Assembly (NCBI GenBank): GCA_964016885.1
Contig: CAXHJY010000330.1
Location: 1 to 64,000, forward strand
DNA length: 64,000 nucleotides
Direction: 5' to 3'
From: Eledone cirrhosa
Lineage: Eukaryota
Below the pieces are notes generated by a model. The model saw only the letters and a list, made by a program, of their open reading frames with translations, did no database searches and was not told the origin of the DNA. Every line of letters begins with the position of its first letter. Within the stretch, counting starts at the first letter, position 1. Made by a program: the position numbers and the translations under genes. Below are positions 55,563 to 64,000 of this stretch, piece after piece.

Positions 55563-56254
55563 TACCAATATATACATACATACATATATTTATATATTTA
55601 TATATACATACGTACATACATACATACAGTTACATATACATACATGTACATACGGGTAATTTCAGGGAAAGGTTTAGCTATTGTTACTAACAAATCAATC
55701 ACCTATCATATCAGCTCCCATAGCAACCAGCCCCTCCACCCACCAACCCCACCCGACCCACACACCACCACCTCACCACCCACCCCCACATCATATTGTT
55801 GTCTCCGTTACCCCTCTTAATTGTCGCTGATAGCTCCACTGTGGCGTCACGGCGGCAGCAAGAAATCGATATTCTTTGCCTTCTTCTTATTATTATTCTT
55901 ATTCTTCTTCTTCTTATTATTATTATTATTATTATTCTCCTTCTTCTTCTCCTTCTTCTTATTATTCTTATTCTTATTATCCTTCTTCTTCTTCTTCTTC
56001 TTCTTCTTCTTCTTCTTCTTCTTCTTCTTCTTCTTTTTCTTCTTCTCCTCCTCCTCCTTCTTCTTCTTCTTTTTCTTCGTCTTCGTCTTCTTCCTTTTCC
56101 CTTTCTTCTTTATTTTCTCCTTCTGTTTCTTCTTTTTCTCCTTTTCTTTTTCTTCTTTTTCATCTTCTTCTTCTTTTCTCCTTCTGTTTATTGTTTTTCT
56201 TTTTCACACATCGAAACTACATCCAATAACTCCACTACTCTGTTACATCACAAA

Positions 56255-56730
56255 ATCATATAAAAATCATATCGAAATCGTATAAAATCATAACAAATCG
56301 TATAAAAATCACAACAAAATCGTATAAAGATCATAACAAAATAGTACAAATGTCATAACAATCATCACAAAAGACACAACAAATGTCATAACACATGACA
56401 AAATAAAACTCATATCAAATCGTAACAAAATCGTATAAAAACCATAACAAAATTGTATAAAAATCATATAAAAATCGTAACAGAATCGTATTAAAATTAT
56501 ATCAAAATTGTGTTAAAATCATATCAAAATTGTATAAAAATCATATCAAAATTGTATAAAAATCATATCAAAATTGTGTTAAAATCATATCAAAATTGTA
56601 TAAAAATTATATCAAAATTGTGTTAAAATCATATCAAAACCGTATAAAAATCATATCAAAATTGTATAAAATTCATATAAAATTGTATTAAAATCATATC
56701 AAAATCATATAAAAATCATAACAAATGTTG
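56255..56730. repeat. 11/22-bp AT-rich minisatellite
   Basis: AAAATCATATCAAAATTGTATA repeats. Confidence 0.8.
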
Positions 56731-56884
56731 TAAAAACCACAAAAGTCACAAGAAATGTCATAAGAAAAGTCATGACAAAACAATAACAACAAACGTATAA
56801 ATGTCAACAAAAAAATCCACAACAGACAACAACAAAATAATAATTATACAACAATAATAATAATAACAACAATAATAAAAATAA

Positions 56885-57325
56885 TAATTGTTTCTACTTT
56901 TGGCACAAGGCCAGCAATTACCCCAGTACATTACTGGTACTTTATAATAATAATAATAATTGTTTCTACTATTGGCACAAGGCCAGCAATTAACCAGTAC
57001 ATTACTGGTACTTTAATTTATCGACCCCGTAGGGATGAAAGGCAAAGTTAACCTCGGCGGGATTTGAACTCAGAATGGCAAGGGCCGTAACTCTATGTGT
57101 CAAAGCATGGTACTTTATAATAATAATAATAATAATAATTGTTTCTACTTTAGGCACAAGGCCAGCAATTACCCAGTGCATTACTGGTACTTTATTTTAT
57201 CGACCCCGTGAGGATGAAAGGCAAAGTCAACCTCGGCGGGATTTGAACTCAGATCGTAAAGGGACGTAACTATGCTGCAAAGCATGGCGCCCGACCCTCT
57301 ACCGATACTGCCAATCCACCGCTAA
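56885..57325 (-). mobile_element. Tandem SINE copies (one near complete, two truncated)
   Basis: Same family as 5552-5745, separated by (AAT)n. Confidence 0.85.
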
Positions 57326-57350
57326 TAATAATAATAATAATAATAATAAT

Positions 57351-58333
57351 AGGTGAACTACCCAGGAGTGACTCAGGTACCCCACCAATCTTGAATCACC
57401 CTACGCTTCTAGGCCATCCCCGGGGAGAGCACCCCTCTCCTCAAATTAGCTAGCCTCCACCCTCACCTTCCTTTCCAGGTGAAACTTGAAGAAGTTGATG
57501 AGGGATTGGCTGAAGAGAAAAGTGTCTGTCTTCAGTCCTTTCTATCTGGTCCACCATATAACCTCTTTCACAATGGCCACCAGACAGAGGAAAATTACCT
57601 GCCCTTCCTGACCATAGGAAGGCGACGGGTCGATCTTCACTATGGACTCGGCCGATAGCCGGATCCGTTCTACACGCGACAGTAGCTGTTCGACATAACT
57701 CCACAAGTCAGTAATGCACGGACATTGGACAGATGCGTGCAGAACGGTTTCGTCGTTCTGTGCGCATCTTGGGCAGGTCCGTCTGGCAGCACTTCCGTGC
57801 CTGTAGAGTTTATCCCGAACCTGCAGTGCCCCCCAGTAGCACTGCCAAGCGAGGGATTTCTGGAAATTGTCCATCGTCCCCGGCTCCGAAGTCCTCCGGA
57901 ACAAACTGGTCAGTACGACTTCGTCGAGGCCCAAAGCTTCTCCGAGTGCGTCATCGCACTTGCCCACCACTAATCCTCTATAGAACTCGAGAGTGGAAGT
58001 TCCACTGATCGCATTGCCTGCTTGGTAGAGGGCAGTGAGTGCCTGGCAACATCCCAGGTGCCAGTCACCCAGTCTCGGTCTCTTCTTGACCCAGGACTGC
58101 AGCTCAGTCAAAGAAACGAGCTGCGTCAAAGAAAAGGCCCGTCTGATAAACGGCGACCACACCTGTTCACTGTTTAGGCAGAATATCTGGAGATGTCGCA
58201 GCCTCAGCGCATGTCTGCTCATCATTAGCCACAGCATGCCCAGCCCCTCCGCGTAGAGGGTGCTGGCAGCAGATGGACCGCCTCACCAACGGAAATTGTC
58301 CTCTCCACAAGAATTTGAAGAGGAGTCGTTCCA
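57351..58333 (-). mobile_element. 5'-truncated Tx1/L1-group LINE 3' fragment with C-terminal zinc-binding domain
   Basis: FKFLWRG..VRRSICCQHPLRGG; CPRCAQNDETVLHASVQC..W; frameshifted; ends in (ATT)n. Confidence 0.85.
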
Positions 58334-58428
58334 TAATTGTTTCTACTATTGGCACAAGGCCAGCAATTACACCAGTGCATTACTGGTACTTCATTTTATC
58401 GACCCTGTAAGGATGAAAGGCAAAGTTA
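58334..58428 (-). mobile_element. SINE 3' fragment abutting the LINE truncation point
   Basis: Central domain plus GTAGAAACAATTAT tail. Confidence 0.8.
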
Positions 58429-59282
58429 AATCAATAATAAATCAATATAACAAGACATAACAAAACAATAACAACACACAGTTAACAAAGAATAATTAAC
58501 AAAAGAACTAATTTAGGGAGAAAACGAAAGACAATATAAAAAACATAATGATACAATAACAACATGAAAAACATAACAAAAGCGTCTTAAAAAAAACATA
58601 AGAAAAATTAATTAACAGATGACATCTTTTATTTATATATTTTGGGTTTTTTTACTGGGTTTTATTATTGGGGATGTGTGTAGGATTGTATATATATTTG
58701 TGTGTGTGTGTGTGTGTGTATTTGTGTGTGTATGGTTGTGTTTGTGTGTGTATGGTTGTGTTTGTGTGTGTATGGTTGTGTTTGTGTCTGTATGGTTGTG
58801 TTTGTGTGTGTGTGAGTATGTGTATATATTTGTGTGTTGGTATATGTATATATGTGGGGTGTGTGTGTGTGAGTATGTGTATATATTTGTGTGTTGGTAT
58901 ATGTATATATGTGGGGGGTATGTGTGTGTGTTTGTGTGTGTGTGTGAGTATGTGTATATATTTGTGTGTTGGTATATGTATATATGAGGGGGGGGTGAGT
59001 ATGTGTATATATTTGTGTGTTGGTATATGTATATATGTGGGGGGTATGTGTGTGTATGTATGTATAGTATGATTGTGTGTGTGTGTGTGTGTATGTATAT
59101 ATATGTGTGTGTGTGTTGCACACAATTCTTTCGGCTCCAAATTATCCCTTGCTTCTAGCAATATTGTAACTAACTGAAGCTGGTGGTTTTTGTTGCCATG
59201 GCGACTGGTAGTAGTGGTAGTAGTAGTAGTGGTAGTGGTAGTAGTAGTAGTAGTAGTAATTGTAGTTGTGGTGGTAGTAGTG

Positions 59283-59334
<52 letters not shown>

Positions 59335-59375
59335 TAATGGTAGTTGTAGTAGTAGTAGTAGTAGTACCAGTAGTA

Positions 59376-59409
<34 letters not shown>

Positions 59410-59571
59410 AGTACTAGTACCAGTAGTAGTGGTGGTAGTAGTAGTAGTAGTAGTAATGGTAGTTGTGGTGGTAGTAGTAGTAGTAATGGTAGTTGTAGTA
59501 GTAGCAGTAGCAGTAGTAGTGGTGGTAGTAGTAGTAGTATAGTACTAGTACCAGTAGTAGTAGTAGTAGTG

Positions 59572-59607
<36 letters not shown>

Positions 59608-59640
59608 CTAGTAGTAGTAGTAGTAGTAGCGGTAGTAGTA

Positions 59641-59702
<62 letters not shown>

Positions 59703-60484
59703 GGTGGTGGTAATAGTAGTAGTAGCAGCAGCAACAGGGAACACTTGGATTCTGATGGAATGACAACAGAAAAATACCATCACCACCACCACCCACCCCC
59801 GCCACACTCCGCCATTCTCCGCCACACTCCGCCACACTCCGTCACACTCCGCCATTCTCCGCCATTCTCCGCCACATTCAGATCTGATCCTCTCAGAAAA
59901 AGGCAAAGAAAGAAACCTCAGATAGGAACAATAGGATGTAAAAAAAGGGGATGACTGTGTGTGTGTGTGTGTGTGGATGTGTATGTGTGTGTGTGTGTGT
60001 GGATGTGTACGTATGTGTGTGTGGATGTGGATGTGTGAGTGTGTGTGTGTATATATGTATGTGTGTGGATGTGTGTATGTGTATGTATGTGTGTATATAT
60101 GTGTGTGTGGATGTGTATATATGTGTGTGTGTGTGGATGTGTATATGTGTGTGTGTGTGTGTGGATGTGTATATATGTGTGTGTGTGTGTGGATGTGTGG
60201 ATGTGTATATATGTGTGTGTATGTGTGTGTGTGTGGATGTGTATATATGTGTGTCTGTGTGGATGTGTATGTATGTGTGCGTGTGTGTGTGCATATGTAT
60301 GTGTGTATGTGTATGTATGTGTGTGTGGATGTGTATATATGTGTGTGTGTGTATGTGTGGATGTGTATGTGTGTGTGGATGTGTATATATATGTGTGTGT
60401 GTGGATGTGTATATATATGTGTGTGGATGTGTATGTATGTGTGTGGATGTGTATGTGTGTATGTTTGTGTGTGTATGTGTATGT

Positions 60485-60516
<32 letters not shown>

Positions 60517-60849
60517 TTGTGTGTGTGTGTTGGGGGAGGAGAGGGTTGGAAGGGAGAGAGAGAGAAGTAGAGGGCAAAGCTTGAAGATTAAAGTGGGGGG
60601 AGGTGGGAGAGGGGAGAAGATGAAAGAGGGGTGAGGTGGGGTGGGAGGAGAGCTTGGAGTGGGGGTGGGAGGAGATAAGGAAGAGAGAGATGAGTTAGAG
60701 AGGAGAGGGGCGGTGAAGTGAGATAACGAAGATAGAGAGGGTGGGAGGTGACGAAAGCGAGCTTGGGTGGGGTGGAAGGAGGCAACGAAGAGAGAGAGAG
60801 TGTGGGAGGAGGTAAGGAAGAGAGAGAGGGTGGGGTGAGAGGAGACAAG

Positions 60850-60881
60850 GAAGAGAGAGGGAGTTGGAAGATATGAGGAAC

Positions 60882-60916
<35 letters not shown>

Positions 60917-61774
60917 GTAAGGAGATGAAAGAGGGTGTGAGGTGGGGTGAGAGGAGATAAGGAAGAGAGAGGGAGTTGGAAGATATGAGGAACAGAGAGA
61001 GAGAGAGAGAGAGAGTAAGGAGATGAAAGAGGGTGTGAGGTGGGGTGAGAGGAGATAAGGAAGAGAGAGGGAGTTGGAAGATATGAGGAACAGAGAGAGA
61101 GAGAGAGAGAGAGTGTGTGTGTGTGTAAGGAGATGAAAGAGGGTGTGAGATGGGGTGAGAGGAGATAAGGAAGAGAGATGGAGTTGGAAGATGAGGAACA
61201 GAGAGAGAGAGAGAGAGAGTGTGTAAGGAGATGAAAGAGGATGTGAGGTGGGGTGAGAGGAGATAAGGAAGAGAGAGGGAGTTGGAAGATATGAGGAACA
61301 GAGAGAGAGAGAGAGAGAGAGAGTGTGTGTGTGTGTAAGGAGATGAAAGAGGGTGTGAGATGGGGTGAGAGGAGATAAGGAAGAGAGAGGGAGAGATGAG
61401 TTAGAGAGAGAGAGGAGATGAGTTAGAGAGAGAGAGGAGATAAGGAAGAGAGAGAGAGAGAGATGAGTTAGAGAGAGAGAGAGAGAGAGAGGAGATAAGG
61501 AAGAGAGAGAGAGATGAGTTAGAGAGAGAGGGAGAGATGAGTTAGAGAGAGAGAGAGAGAGAGAGAGATGAGTTAGAGAGAGAGGGAGAGATGAGTTAGA
61601 GAGAGAGAGAGAGAGAGAGATGAGTTAGAGAGAGAGAGAGAGAGAGATGAGTTAGAGAAAGAGAGAGATGAGTTAGAGAGAGAGAGAGATGAGCTAGAGA
61701 GAGAGAGAGATGAGTTAGAGAGAGATGAGCTGGAGAGAGAGAGAGATGAGTTAGAGAGAGAGAGAGAGATGAGT

Positions 61775-61823
<49 letters not shown>

Positions 61824-61900
61824 TGTGTGTGTGTGTAAGGAGATGAAGGAGGGTGTGAGGTGGGGTGAGAGGAGATAAGGAAGAGAGAGAGGGAGAGATG
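60850..61900. repeat. GA-rich compound minisatellite
   Basis: Repeated GGAGATGAAAGAGGGTGTGAG..GAGATAAGGAAGAG and (GA)n-TGAGTTA units. Confidence 0.85.
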
Positions 61901-64000
61901 AGTTAGAGAGATAAGGCAACGTGAAATACAATTTAAATTCTCTTCAGTATTATATTTGTTTTGGTTTTTAAACTTTTATCTTTACTTTGAAAGTGAAAGT
62001 AGGATGGAAGTTTTAAAGAAGAAAAATAGTAACCTAAGTAATAACAATACTGGTGGTGGGGGGGGGGGGGTGACAGTGGTGGTGACAGTGGTGGTGGTGG
62101 TGGTGACGGTGGTGGTGACAGTGGTGGTGGTGGTGGTGGTGGTGATGGTGGTGGTGGTGGTGGTGGTGGTGGTGGTGACAGTGGTGGTGGGGTGGTAGTG
62201 GTGGTGGTGGTGGTGGTGGTGGCGTGGTGGTGGTGACAGTGGTGGTGGGGTGGTAGTGGTGGTGGTAGTGGTGGTGGTGGTGGTGGTGGTGGTGGTGGTG
62301 ATGACAGTGGTGGTAGTGTTGGTTGTGGTGGTGATGGTGACAGTGGTGGTGGTGGTAGTGTTGGTGGTGATGGTGATGGTGGTTGTTGGTGGTGGTGGTG
62401 GTGGTGGTGGTGGTGACAGTGGTGGTGGTGGTGGTGTTGGTGGTGGTGGCGGTGGTGGTGGTGGTGGTGGTGGTGATGGTGGTGGTGGTGGTGGTGGTGG
62501 TGGTGATGATGGTGGCGGTGGCGGTGGTGGTGGTGGTGGTGGCGGTGGTGGTGGTGGTGGTGGTGGTGGTGGTGACAGTGGTGGTGGTGACAGTGGTGGT
62601 GGTGGTGGTGGTGGTGGTGACAGTGATAATAGTGGTGGTGGTGGTGGTGGTGGTGGTGGTGGTGGCAGTGGTGGTGGTGGTGACAGTGGTGGTGGTGGTG
62701 GTGGTGGTGGTGGTGACAGTGATAATAGTGGTGGTGGTGGTGGTGGTGGTGGTGGTGACAGTGATAATAGTGGTGGTGGTGGTGGTGGTGGTGGTGATGA
62801 TAACAGTATTGATAATTATGAAAAAAGTAAGAATTTGCTTTGGGCGAAACACGAACTGGTAAATGGCGGGAAACTGATGGAAAAATTATTGTGGTGGTGG
62901 TGGTGTGGGGTTGGAGGTGGTGGTGGTGGTGGTGGTGATGGTGGTGTGGGGTTGGAGGTGGTGGTGGTGATGGTGGTGTGGGGTTGGAGGTGGTGTGGTG
63001 GTGTTGCAGGTGGTGTGGGGTTGGAGGTGGTGTGGTGGTGTTGCAGGTGGTGTGGGGTTGGAGGTGGTGGTGGTGGTGGTGGTGTGGGGTTGGTGGTCGT
63101 GGTTGTAGTGGAAGTGGTAATGGTAGTGATGGTGGTGGTGGTAGTATTGTTGATGATGATGCTGGTGGTGGTGGTGGTGGTGGCGGTGGTGATGATGGTT
63201 GTGTTGTTGGTGGTGGTGGTGGTGGCGATGGTGATGGTTGTGGTGGTGGTGGTGATGGTTGTGTTGATGTTGTTGATGGTGGTGGTGGCGTTGGTGATGG
63301 TGGTGGTGGCGGTGGTGATGGTTGTGGTGGCGGTGGTGATGGTTGTGTTGATGTTGTTGATGGTGGTGGTGGCGTTGGTGATGGTTGTGTTGATGTTGTT
63401 GATGGTGGTGGTGGCGTTGGTGATGGTGGTGGCGGTGGTGATGGTTGTGGTGGCGGTGGTGATGGTTGTGTTGATGTTGTTGATGGTGGTGGTGGCGTTG
63501 GTGATGGTTGTGTTGATGTTGTTGATGGTGGTGGTGGCGTTGGTGATGGTTGTGTTGGTGTTGTTGCTGGTGGTTGTGGTTATAGTGTTGATGTTGTTGA
63601 TGGTGATGATGGTTGTAGTGGTGGTGTTGATGGTGATGATGTTGGTGATGATGATGGTGGTGGTGGTGGTGGTAGTGGTAGTGGAGGTGGTGTTACTGTG
63701 GTGGTGGTGGCGGTGGTGTGGGATTGGAGGCGTTGGTGTTGACGTGGTCGTGGTTGTAGTGGGAGTGGTGATGGTGGTGATGGTGGTGGTACTAGTGGTA
63801 GTATTGTTGATGATGATGATGCTGGTGGTGGTTGTGGTTGTGTTGGTGTTGATGATGATGATGGTGGTGGTGGTGGTTATAGTGTTGATGTTGTTGATGG
63901 TGGTAGTGGTGGTGATGGTGGTAGTGGTGGTGATGGTGGTAGTGGTGGTGATGGTGGTAGTGGTGGTGATGGTGGTGGTGGTGGTGATGATGTTGTTGAT

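Overview
Eukaryotic, very repeat-rich animal DNA. The (TA)n/(CA)n/(ACC)n load and SINE types resemble octopod cephalopod genomes (inference from recall, not a search). Nearly all ORFs in the supplied track are microsatellite artefacts. Real protein-coding content: the 5' half of an apparently intact Tx1/L1-group LINE (ORF1 1411-3321; endonuclease-bearing ORF2 from 1381 running off the left edge), a 3' fragment of a second Tx1-like LINE, a decayed Penelope-like element (PLE), a decayed RTE LINE 3' end and two candidate host exons. The main hidden signal is a dispersed set of short non-coding elements lying between (TA)n tracts. About a dozen carry a type I hammerhead ribozyme core (stem I-CUGANGA-stem II-GAAA-short, often palindromic stem III-NUH-stem I'). 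Many are long foldbacks or have an inverted head, and the protein-coding PLE remnant has the same 5' foldback. A tRNA-derived SINE family, a probable non-autonomous Helitron and many mini/microsatellites make up the rest.
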